This document shows positions 1-12,000 of a stretch of DNA of 64,000 nt, piece by piece; the first letter of the stretch is position 1, and every line of letters begins with the position of its first letter. The notes under the pieces are model-generated. The model saw nothing but the letters and a program-made list of their open reading frames with translations. It did no database searches and was not told the DNA's origin. Position numbers and translations under genes: made by a program. Location: contig NC_086097.1 in the NCBI RefSeq assembly GCF_963921235.1, positions 181,104,001 through 181,168,000 of the forward strand. Direction: 5' to 3'. Source of the DNA: Mobula hypostoma. Lineage: Eukaryota.

Positions 1-310
1 GACCTGAAGGTTGAAGCCCTTGGGTCGGCATATCTAGAAGTCGGAGGCATGATGTCTGCAAGTTAGAGTCCAGAGGTGGCCTGTCTTGGGTTTGGAGGTC
101 TGTGTGTGTGTGTGATTGGATGGGATAAGGGCTTGTTTTGCTGATGTTTTGGCTTGCTGCTGCTGCTTGTGTTGTTCTGCTGAAGATCGTGGACATGCGA
201 TGTTGGTGCCAGATTGTGTGGTGGCACATCCTTGGAGGTGTTGGTTGTCAACATAAATGACACATTTCACTGTATGTTTCAATGTACATGTGATTAATCT
301 GAATCTGAGT
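1..310 (+). repeat. Non-autonomous retroposon (SINE-like) 3' part with (AATCTG)n tail; related copies at ~810-1310 (-), 5150-5440 (-), 6950-7580 (+), 59660-60050 (-)
   Basis: Shared block GGGCATGCTATGTTGGTGC...GATGTGTTGGTTGT...CATTTCACTGTATGTTT...AATCTGAATCTGA in all copies. Confidence 0.65.
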
Positions 311-1649
311 CCATCTCGAAAATAAATCCTCACCGATGGAAGGAACATCATAGAGTCCTGTACCTACACAGCAAGGAAATAGGCCCTTCAGTCCACAATG
401 TTCAAACTGAAACTTTCTTGCCCATCTACAGTAATCCCATTTGTTTGCGTTAAGACTGTATCTTTCTATACCTCGGCCCAGATGAGGGGGTCTCAACCTG
501 ACACATTGATTGTCCATTTCCCTTCAGAGATGCTGCCTGACCCACTGAGTTCCTCCAGCATCTTGTGTGTTACTTCAGTTTCCATCATTGCAGTATCTTG
601 CATCTCCTTCTCTGCATCGCCTATTTAATTTTCTGCCTAAATGCTGGGAATTTGTATCTGATTCCACAAGCTCATCTGGCAGCAAATTTCAGATATCAAC
701 TACTCTGTGTAAAAATACTTTCCCATCAAATCCTCAATAAAACTCCTTCTTCTCACTTTAATCCCCTGCCACAGCCATTATATTAAATGGTGGATAAGGC
801 TCAATGGGCCAGACGGCTTTCATTTATTCATCACATGTACATCAAAACATACAGTGAAATGTGTTGTTTGTGCCAATAACCAACACAACACAAAGATGTG
901 CTGGGGCAGCCCACAAGTGTCACCAAACATTCCAGTGCCAAAATAGCATGCCCACAATGTTCAGTAAAATAACACAAGCTATAACGACAACAGCAACATA
1001 ACAACAGCATAACAAACCCATTTACTCCCATCCACCGACTCACATACACAGACAGGCCTCCAATTCCAGGACACACCAACTCGAGCATCCTCAGCCCTGG
1101 ACTCTCAGACTCACAGATATTGGGCCCAGATTCACAGTCGCAGACACTGGGCCTCTGATCTCCAAACCTGTCAACTCAGGGGCTTCGACCAGTGGGCCTC
1201 GACTTCTGGACTCACCAACTTTGGTCTTCAACCTCTACTGACCCCAGGACTAAATACCCTGTGCCTCAAACTTCAGATGCTTACAGACCTCCAACTGCAG
1301 ACTCACCTCTTATCTTCTCATAATCTTTCCCCATAACTAAAGTCCTCCAATCAGACAACATCCTGGTGAATCTCCTCTGCAGTCTCTTGAACACAACAAC
1401 ATTATTGACTGAAAATTACTAAAGCATCGGTGAGTGAGTTCAGCTGTGACCACTTGGCTCTGGACCTCAATGATCGTTGCTTCATGTGATTAAAGAGGCA
1501 ACTGTCAGAGGTGAGGTGAGCAGCAGAATTTGGATGAGATTTGAACATTTGAAAAGTTCAACAACATCTGAAACTTGAATGGTATCTAATACTTCTCCTG
1601 CAATATTTGTTCCCTCTGCCTCACATTCATTAGGTGTGCTCGGGTAACT

Positions 1650-2185
1650 GGTCAAAGATTACATAGAACATAGCACATTACAGGGCCTTCAATCTACAAT
1701 GTTATGCTGATCTTTTAACCTTACTCTAAGAACAACCTAACCCTTCCTTCCCACATAGCCCTCTAATTTTCTTTCATCCATATGCCTATCCAAGGGTCTC
1801 TTAAATATCCCCAATGCATCTATTTCTACCATCACCCCTGGGAGTGCATTCCACACACCACCACTCTCTGTTAAAAAAAAACTACCTCTGACATCCTCCT
1901 ATACTTTCTTCCAATCACCTTAAAATTATGCCCTCACATATTAGCCATTTCTGCCCTGGGAAAAAGGCACTGGCTGCCCACTCTATCCATGCTTCTTGTG
2001 ATCTTATACACTATTATCAAGTCACCTCTCACCCTCCTTCACTCCAAACAGAAAAGCCTGAGCTTGCTCTACCTTTCCTCATAAGACATGCTCTCTAATT
2101 CAGGCAGCATCCTGGCAAGTCTCCTCTGCACCGTCTGAAGCGTCACATCCTCTCTATAATGAGGCAACCCAAATGAACACAATAC
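1650..2185 (-). mobile_element. CR1 LINE 3' fragment
   Basis: Minus strand encodes YREDVTLQTVQRRLARMLPELESMSYEER; similar to CR1 3' end at 14700-15210. Confidence 0.8.
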
Positions 2186-2962
2186 TCCAAGGATTCTCCA
2201 ACAACAGCCACTACAGAGAGCGACTGTTCTTTTCAATGCATTGCAAAATCTCTCATAGATCATGATATTTTTCAGTTTGACTGAACAAATCATTGTTTAG
2301 TAAGGTAATTCTCTGCAGCTCAATACTGCCATCGCAAATGCTTCTCCACAAGTCTTGTGTATAACTAAGGGAGAATGTGAGAGTGCACCTATTTGGATGT
2401 GCTCGCCCAATGCAGGTGTGTAAATGCAATCAAATCCCAACTTGGGAGTGGATGTGCACACCCATGTAGGTGTATAAATGCAAACACAGCTCAACTGGGG
2501 AAAGTATAATTTAGAAATAAAGTGAAACATAAAATAAGCCTTATAATCAACAGTATACAGATACATGATGTTAAAAGTTTCTAACAGCATAGAGGGCCAT
2601 TTATCCCCAAGACTTACACAATCAGTGATACATCTGCTTCCAACAGTGTAGTATGCCAGTATTAGACACTGACAGACCTGTACTGATCAGTACTATACCT
2701 GAGTTATAGTGACATATCCCCACCTGTACTCCAGGTACAGGCAAAGCCTGGGATGGACTGTGGTGTGAAGGATTTTTACATCTGTGGAGGACAGTGAGGG
2801 ATTCCCTCCTTGCTCCCTATTGGAATCTCAGTGTCCATATTGTCAGAAATACCAGTGAGTGAGGCAATGTGATTGGACCTAGAGCTTCCTTCCCCATTAA
2901 GTTTGAATGGACAGTTCAGTGTGAACGACTGCCAGGAATCCATTCCTTGAGCTCTCTGCTCC

Positions 2963-3049
2963 TCACATAACAGGTTCGTCATTGGTTTGTCTGCGGACCA
3001 GTTCTGCATAAAGCCCTCCTTTCTGCAGCAGTTCTGCATGTGTCCCCAC
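2963..3049 (-). CDS. ABCB8: ABCB8 terminal coding exon
   Basis: ttgccacag|[31 protein letters not shown] at 2965-2963; the 3' UTR end could not be determined. Confidence 0.93.
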   Translation of the reverse strand: MGTHAELLQKGGLYAELVRRQTNDEPVM

Positions 3050-6000
3050 CTGTGGCAACAAGAGGGAATCAAGTAAAATTCATGTACATACTTGTATTTG
3101 ACATTTCTGCATCATCCACTGGTTCCCAGCAGAGTCCTGACCACAACACATTGAATTAACTGGGCTGGCAAGGAAGCATAGAGGTTAACATAATACTATG
3201 ACAGTGTTTTACTCTGTCTATAAGGAGTCTGTACATTCTCCTCGTGACTGCATGGGTTTCTTCCAGCTGCTCTGGTTTCCTCCCACATTCAAAGACGTAC
3301 AGGTTAGTGAGTTGTGGGCATGCTATGTCGGTGACAAAAGTATGGCGACACTTGCAGGCTGCTCCCAGCACATCCTCGGATTGTGCTGGTCATTGACACA
3401 AACAAAGCATTTCACTGTATGCATCAATGTGACAAATAAAGCTAATTTTTAAAAGTCTGTTATTTCTAGATTTCCAGAAATGGTCTGCTTCCATCTACCC
3501 TGGCTCAAATGTTTCCCAGTACTTATCTCTGTGAATCTACCTGCTGAACCATGTCTACGCCCACCTGGACAAGCCAGCGAGCACTGTGAGGGTCATGTTT
3601 TTTGACTTCTCCAGTGTGTTCAACACCATCCGCCCTGCTCTGCTGGGGGAGAAGCTGGCAGCGATGCAGGTGGATGCTTTCCTGGTGTCATGGATTCTTG
3701 ATTACCTGACTGGCAGACCACAGTACGTGTGCTTGCAACACTGTGTGTCCGACAGAATGATCAGCAGCACTGGGGCTCCACAGGGGACTGTCTTGTCTCC
3801 CTTTCTCTTCACCAGTTACACCTTGGACTTCAACTACTGCACAGAGTCTTGTCATCTTCAGAAGTTTTCTGATGACTCTGCCATAGTTGGATGCATCAGC
3901 AAGGGAGATGAGGCTGAGTACAGGGCTACGGTAGGAAACTTTGTCACATGGTGTGAACAGAATTAACTGCAGCTTAATGTGAAAAAGACTGAGGAGCTGG
4001 TGGTAGACCTGAGGAGGGCTAAGGCACCGGTGACCCCTGCTTCCATCCAGGGGGTCAGTGCAGACATGGTGGAGGATTACAAATACCTAGGGATACGAAT
4101 TGACAATAAACTGGACGGGTCAAAGAACACTGAGGCTGTCTACAAGAAGGGTCAGAGCCGTCTCTATTTCTTGAGGAGACTGAGGTCCTTTAACATCCGC
4201 CGGACGATGCTGAGGATGTTCTACGAGTCTGTGGTGGCCAGTGCCATCATGTTTGCTGTTGTGTGCTGGGGCAGCAGGCTGAGGGTAGCAGACACCAACA
4301 GAATCAACAAGCTCATTCGTAAGGCCAGTGATGTTGTGGGGATGGAACTGAACTCTCTCACGGTGGTGTCTGAAAAGAGGATGTTGTCTAAGTTGCATGC
4401 CATCTTGGACAATGTCTCCCATCCACTACTTAATGGACTGGTTGGGCACAGGAGTACATTCAGCCAGAGACTCATTCCACCGAGATGCAACACAGAGCGT
4501 CATAGGAAGTCATTCCTGCCTGTGGCCATCAAACTTTACAACTCCTCCCTTAGAGGGGCAGACACCCTGAGCCAATAGGCTGGTCCTGGACTTATTTCCT
4601 GACATAAATAATTAAATAGTAATATGCAAGTTAAGGTGCAACTATAACGAAAACCAATTTCCCTTGGGATCAATAAAGTATGACTATGACTATGACTATG
4701 ACTACATTGTCACTTTAGTGTGAAGGATAACAGACAGAAAACTCCAAGTTCTGATAGTGGCTGTGATGAGGGTGCTGGCTGGTAAGGACAGTATGTTAAG
4801 TTCTGCTCACAACTCTTTAGCAAGTGAGTACCCCAGGCCTGTATGTAGCAAACCCCAGATGGCATTCGGGTTCGGACTGCTTATCAGTAATATCTGTGCC
4901 ACAAAAGTGCTGGGCAAGGACCACCTCAGACAAGAGAGAAGGTGACCACTGACCCTTGACATAGAATGGCATTTCCATCACCAATTACACAACCATCAAT
5001 GTTCCAGAGCTCAGAAACTCAGCTAGTTCAGCCACATAAATACATGTCAGGTCAAAGACTGAATGTTCGGCTGCAAGTGACTCAACTCTGGTAACCAAGG
5101 CCTTTCACTGTCTATAGGTCAGAAGTGTGTTGAACCACTCTCTATTTACAGATTCGGATTCATTTATTTATCACAGGTGGATTGAAAAATACGGTGAAAA
5201 TACAGTAAACATTTGTATTAACAACCAACACAACCTAAGGATGTACTGGGGACAGCGTACAGGTGTTGCCACAAATCCTGGTGCCAAAATAGCATGCCCA
5301 CAACGTTCAGCAGAATAACACAAGCAACAACAACAAAACAAAACAACAGCAAACAAACCCCTTTTCTCCCTCACACCCAGCCACCCAGTCAGGGCTACAA
5401 CACCAGGACAGGCCCTTTGGGGAATCCAGCTGCCAGTGAACCTGAGTGTAACTTTGACCAACAGTGTGGTGGAGAGTACATTCATTGTTTATATTAAGGC
5501 CTTGTATGGAAACACCAATGCCCTTGAATGGAAAATCCTACAAAAAGTAGTGGATACAACCTACGCCATCACAGCTAAAGTCCTCCCCACCAGTCGGCAC
5601 ATCTACCCTCATGGAGCGCTGTCGCAGGAAAGCAGCATCTATCATTAAGGACCCCCACCAAACAGCTCATGCTCTCTTCTCACAGCTGCCATCAGGAAAA
5701 AGGTACAGGAGCCTCAAGACTCACACCACCAGGTTCAGGAACAGGTATTACCCCTCAATCATCAAACTCCTGAACTAAAGGGGAATAACTTCACTCAACT
5801 TCAGTTGTCCCATCACTACTGTTCCCACAACTTGCCTATGGACACACATTCAAGGACTCTCAATCTCACATTCTTGAAATCATTTTGCTTATTTATTATT
5901 AATATTATGTTTTTTTCTCTTGTATTGCACAGTTTGTTGTCTTTTGCACATTGGTTGTTTGCCCGTCCTGTTGGGTGCTGTCTTTCATTGATTCTGTTGT

Positions 6001-9000
6001 ATTTTTTCGATTTACTGTGTATAACTGCAAGAAAAGGAACCTCACGATTGTATATGGTGACATATATGTACTTTGAGAATAAATTTACTTTGAATTTTGA
6101 ACAAGACTCAAGAAGCCTGCCATAATCTGGACAAAACAGCCCACCTCACAGCACTTCATTCACTGTTCTGAACATTCATCCTCTCCATCATTGCCCCAAG
6201 AGTACAGTCATGCACATGGATAACCTGTCTAAGCTTTTCTTGGTGAACAATCCCTTCCTACCCAGTATAATCCTGGTGAACCTTCCCTCAACTGCCTCAA
6301 TGAAACGGGGGTTGAAACTGTCGGCTGTACTCCAGGTTTTAACATTTCCTCAGGAGGGCTTTCGGTCATCAAGTAATTCCAATGTTCAGCTAACTCTCCC
6401 TACAAAATATTTCTAATTATTAGTGCCTTAGATAGTTGTAAGTATTCAAAGTAAAGGTAGAGTTTCATGGAAACACAAGAGATCCTACAGAAGCTAGAAA
6501 TCTTAAGCAACCAACATAAAATGCTCAAGGAACTTCTCAGTGAAAAACCTCATTCTGAGAATGGAGATGGAGGAACTAAGAAAGGGAAATAGTTCCTCCA
6601 GCATTTTCTGTGTGTTGCTCAAAATCAAGTTTATTGCCATATGCACAAGTACATGTATGCACAGGTGTAATGGAAAACTTGTAAATCAGATTACTTCTCA
6701 TTTCTTGAAATACAATACCGTATGTTTTAACCTCCTAGGACAGAGGTGCCAGGGAGCTGATGTAGAGAGTCAGTTCTAATATTACTGAATGGTGGAACAG
6801 GCTTTAAAGACCATAAGTGTTCCACTATGTTTCTGTTTCTTTCATTCTTAGCACGACACTGTCCACATCCTATCAGCCTCTGGTTAAACATGGGAAGATG
6901 TGACCTGAGTGACGAGTTCCACTGATGACAGCCATCGTATTTAATTGAGAGTCCCTGGGTATACGTGCAGGAGCCACGAGAGCCAGTAACCCTCCCAGGT
7001 CACCAGGGTCAGAGGTCTGTACGAGTGCATAAGTCTAGGCCCAAAGTTCAAACCCAGAGGTCGGCGAAGTTTGGAGGACAAAACTGAAAGCTGAAGACCT
7101 GACGACCTGACTCAATGTCTGGAGGTAGAAACCAAAAGGTTGAAGACCAAAGTTGGCGAGTCTGGAAGCAGAGGCTGGTAGATCAAAGCCACTAGTTCAC
7201 CCTGCCTGGAGGTCAGAGGCCTGCTATCTCTGCAAGTCCAAACCAAGGATGGGGGGGCGGGGGGGAAGAGAGGAGGCCCAATATCTACAATTCTGAGAGC
7301 CTGGGGCCAAGAGCTAGAGACTCATAGGTGGCCTAACTTGGAATTGGGGGCCTATCTGTCTGTGTGTGTGACTGAGTGGATGGGTGAGTGAGAGGGTGTG
7401 AAGGGGACTTGTTTTGCTGTTTTTTTTTGTTGTTCTGAAAATTGTGGGCATGCTATGTTGGTGCTGGAATGCTTGGCGACACTTACTGGTTGTCCCCAGT
7501 AGATCCTTAGATGTGTTGGTTGTTAACATAAACAATACATTTTGACGAACACGTGATAAATAAATCTGAATCTGAATCGTTTTTTTAGCATGATGCAATG
7601 CTGTCATCCCACTGCTAGTTGTAGCCTTGAGGCTGACAGGAGTAGCAGGAACAACCCAGGAGAAGTGAACTACACTTACCTCCCTCACATGTCCATTTGC
7701 CAACACACAGATTACATCGGCCCCTTTGATTGTACTCAGCCTATGCGCAATGACTAGTACTGTCCGGCCTTTCTGGATGTTGTCTAGTGCCTCCTGCACT
7801 ACTCGCTCCGATTCTGCATCAAGCGCACTTGTGGCTTCATCAAGGATCAGGATGCTGGGATTTTTAATCAGGGCTCGAGCAATAGCAATCCTCTGCTTCT
7901 GACCCCCAGAGAGAGTCACTCCCCGCTCACCTGACCAATAAACAAAGGCTGTTAACAAGCATGCTGATCAATCTATTAACGCGGTGAAGACTCTGCCCTT
8001 CCTCATTCCTCAAAGATGTTTCTTTTGTCTGACTGTTCAAGGTGTTCTCCAATGTGTATCTTACTGTCCAAAGCGTGTTTCTGTATGCCTGATTATCTGA
8101 GACACATTCTGTATGTGTCCAATTGTCCAAGGTCAGTTCTTGTGTAGCCAACTACCTGAGATGTATTCTACATATGTGTCCAACTGTCCAAGGTGTGTTC
8201 CTGTGTGTGGCTGACTGCCTGAAGAGTGTGAGTGCGTGTGTGTGCGCGCGCGTGTGCAAATGTCCAAGGTATGTTCCTGTGTGTGGCTGACCGTCTGAGG
8301 TGTGTTCCCAGGTGATCTTTGCTGAAGTAATCTGCATGCATGTGTTCTGTTAGTAGGAATGCGCTGTCACACGCACCCACAACAGTCATGTATCCATCAG
8401 GGAAACTTCGGATAAATCCATCTGCATTTGCTTGCTGAGCTGCGATGTACACTTCCTCGTCTGTGGCATTTGGGTTACCAAATCGGATGTTCTCCATGAT
8501 GCTGCTACTGAACAGTACAGGCTCCTGCAACGCACACAGGAGGAATTTCAATTCAGAGGATTTTTAACAACAGCCAAACCAGCTCACCCTGGGTGTTGGA
8601 ACTGAAACATCAGATCCATCCCAAAGCAACTCCCTACATCAGCCTCAGCTGAGAGGGGGGAACATTAATAGTAACTCCAGTCTGAGAGGTAGTGAGATAC
8701 TGAGAGTTCATATTCCTGTATGGGTAAACGGCAAGACTGGAAAGATTTGTGATGCTTTAACAACATTTACCCTATGATATTACCCAACAACCATCAGGGT
8801 CCAGAACAGGCATGGCTAACTTAAATATTATCAGAACTCTATAAAACTCTGGTTAGACTACATGCAGTTCTGGTAGCTATACTAAAGGAAAGAAAAGATT
8901 GTGCTGGAGAGAATGCAGAGGAGATCAACTGGGATGTTGCCTGGATTGGGGTAATTCACTGTGAATGGGATGGGTTCATTTTCCCCGGAGCAGAGGAGGC

Positions 9001-12000
9001 TGAAGGTTGACCTGATAAGGGTAGATAGTAAGAATCTATTTTTCCTATGTTGGAATGAATATAAAATAAGAGGGCATAGGTATAAGATGAGAGTTAATAT
9101 CAGCTCTTTCCTGGACACATGGGAGCCCAGAGAAGAGGGAGACAGGACTGGAGAAACAGAGAAACAGGGCAGCAAAAGAAAGGAAGGGCAAAGGGAGATG
9201 GATTGAGGGAAGAGGAGCGAAGTGGGCAGGCACAAGGGAAGGGGAGAGAAGAAGGCAGGAGGAAGGGAAGGGAAGGGGAGAGAAGTGGACAGTATGAAGA
9301 GTACTTACCTGGCTAATGTATCCAATAACGTGACTACGCAGCCAGTGTGGATCCAGGGTCCTGAGGTCATGTCCATCCAAGGTGATCACTCCACTGGATG
9401 GTTCATAGAATCGCTCCAGCAGAGATGTTACTGTTGACTTCCCTTTAATCATATTAATCACATTTTTAAAAAAAATTAACAGCAGTACTCCCAACTTTCT
9501 CCCATGAAGAACACTCTATCCTTATGTTCTAATGAGAGCTGCAATCATTCCTCGCTAAAACAGAGATCTGATCACAAAAAATAAATCTGCTGAGTTATTA
9601 GGAGCTTGGTTAGTGTGAACATATTTGGACTGCATTGGGTGATCAGGGAAAAACTTTTCCAATTTTTTAAAATATATTTAAATACTAGGATCAGAGGTTC
9701 TGAGTTATAGGGAGAGGCCTGCTAGGACTTTAATCCTTGGAATTTAGGAGAATGAGGGGCAACCTTATAAAAGTGTTTAAAATTATGAAAGGCACAGATA
9801 AGGGGTGTGGTAATAGTTCTAGTGTAGGGAAGTCCAGAACATTGGGGCATAGGCTTGAAGTCAAAGGGCAAAGATTTGAAAGTGACCTGAGGAGCAAGTT
9901 TTTCATTCAGTTGGATAGTGAGTATATGGAATGAACTGTCAGAGGAAGTGATTGAGGCAGGTACAATAATATCATTTAAGAAGCACTTGAACAGGTACAT
10001 GGAGGGGCAGAGCTTAGAGCAGAGGTTCCCAGCCCAGGAACCATGGACCCTTTGCTTAACGGTATAGGTCCATTGCATATAAAAATTTGGGGACCACTGG
10101 CTTAGAGGGATATGGGCTAAAGGCAGGAAATCTTTGGACTAGCTGGGTGGGCACTGAGACCACCATGGAATGATTGGGCCAAAGGGCCCGTATCTTTGCT
10201 GTATTGCTCAGTGACTCTATAATTCCTGGGAAATTCATTGGGCCTTGGTGGTCAGGGACCGCCTTGGTCCCAATACAGGGTCACCATAACAGGTTAAATG
10301 GATGCCAAGTCTTATCCTGTTTGGCACTTTCTTCTTTCTGTATCTTCCTGTGCTGCCTGAGGTATAATACCGCTGGACACAAACACTGCTAGCACTGTCC
10401 CACATATATCATCTGAACAAAGAATCTCAACACAAAATGTCAACCATCCATTTTCCTCTGTGGAAACTGTCTGACCTGCTGTGTGTTGTTCAAGATTCAT
10501 TACCTGCGATCTTTTTTTTAAAAATCTTCATTGAAGCATACTTTTCTTAAAAAATAAGGTTTTCAGGGTGGTTATAGAGCTGATGTTTGTCGTAGGTTAC
10601 GGTGGGACATTGATAGGATGGAGAGTTGGGCTGTGAAGTGGCAGATGGAGTTCAATCTGGAAAAATCAAGTGGTTCACTTTGGAAGGTCGAACATGAAGG
10701 CTGAGTACAAGATTAATGGCAGTGTGAAGGAACAGAGGGATCTTGGAGTCCATGTCCATAGATTCCTCAAAGTGGTCACACAATTTAATCGGGTGGTCAA
10801 GAAAGTGTATAGTGTATTGGCCTTCATTAGTTGGGGGACTGAGTTGAAGAGCTATGACGTAGTGTTGCAGTTCTATAAAACAATGGTTAGATCACACTAG
10901 GAATATTGTGTTCAGTTTGGTTCTCTCACTATAGGAAATATGTGGACGCTTTAGAAGGTGCAAAGGAGATATACTAGGACACTGCCTGGATTAGAGAGCA
11001 TGTCTTATGAGGATAGTCTGAGTGAGTTAGGGCTTTTCTCTTTGAAACAAAGGAGGATGACAGGTGACTTTTAATAGAGTGTACAAGTTGATCAGAGGCA
11101 TAGATCAACTGGACAGCCTGAGACCATTTTCCCAGGACAGAAATGGCTGAGACAAGGGAGCATAATTTTAAGGTGATAGGAGGTAAGTGTAGAGGGCAAT
11201 ACCAGAGGTAGTTTTTTTAAAGACAGAGAATGGTAAGTGCACAGAACGCACTGCTTGGTGGTAGCAGAGGCAGGTACATTATAGACATTTAAAAGACTCT
11301 TAGATGGACAAGCAGGAGACTGGAATACTCCACTTGTGGAATTTGGGAAGGCGGGGAGACCAATGCCCCTGATGACAACAAATGTGAGAAGTGCATCCCA
11401 CTGCAGCTTCTAACCATCCACATTAAGGAGTTGGAGCTGGAGCTGGAGCTGGAACTGGATGAACTCCGGATCATTCAGGAGGCTGAAGGGCAGATAGACA
11501 GGACATATAGAGTGGTAGTTACACATAAGGTGCAGGACACAGGAAACTGGCTGACGGTCAGGAAGGGGCGGGTGTTAAAGAGCCAGTGCAGAGTACCCCT
11601 GTGGCCAACACCCTCAACAACAGGTATATCACTTTGGATACTGTTTGTGGGGGGGAGGGGGGGGTGACCAAGCAGAGAAAACTCACCGCAGTCACCTCTC
11701 TAGCACTGAGTCTGGCTCTGTGACTCATAAGGGGAGTGGGGAGAAGAGGCACGCGAGGACATAAGGGATTCATTAGTTACGGGACAGGAGGTTCTGTGGG
11801 TAAAAACAAGATTCCTAGATGGTATGTTCCCACCGGACATCTCGGATCAAGTCTTCAGCATTCTTTTTTTTCAATTTTTAAAAATTTTTTAATTTATTAC
11901 TAACAAACAAACGAACAAAAAAAACACAGCACATCCGCAAAGATCACAACCATAGCAAAATCAAATTAAATATTGAGCAGAAAAAGAGAGAAAAATATAA

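Noticed and set aside
2516..2521. AATAAA as the ABCB8 poly(A) signal
   Set aside because: It is on the plus strand, antisense to the gene. I could not identify a convincing sense signal.
2776..3072. 98-aa ORF as the last exon
   Set aside because: It is in the wrong frame. The conserved [16 protein letters not shown] frame ends at TGA 2963.
3964..3966. Programmed read-through between the two RT ORFs
   Set aside because: A point nonsense mutation in a 5'-truncated LINE copy is the simpler explanation.
7314..7958. 214-aa stand-alone ABC ATPase ORF
   Set aside because: Only 7680-7930 is exon, bounded by AG and GT. The rest is intron read-through into a repeat.
8030..8310. CRISPR-like repeat-spacer array
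   Set aside because: The units are degenerate throughout, there are no unique spacers or cas genes, and it lies in a eukaryotic intron.
11431..11667. Novel ELELEL-repeat protein
   Set aside because: It is the coiled-coil region of CR1 ORF1 with a local GAGCTG expansion.
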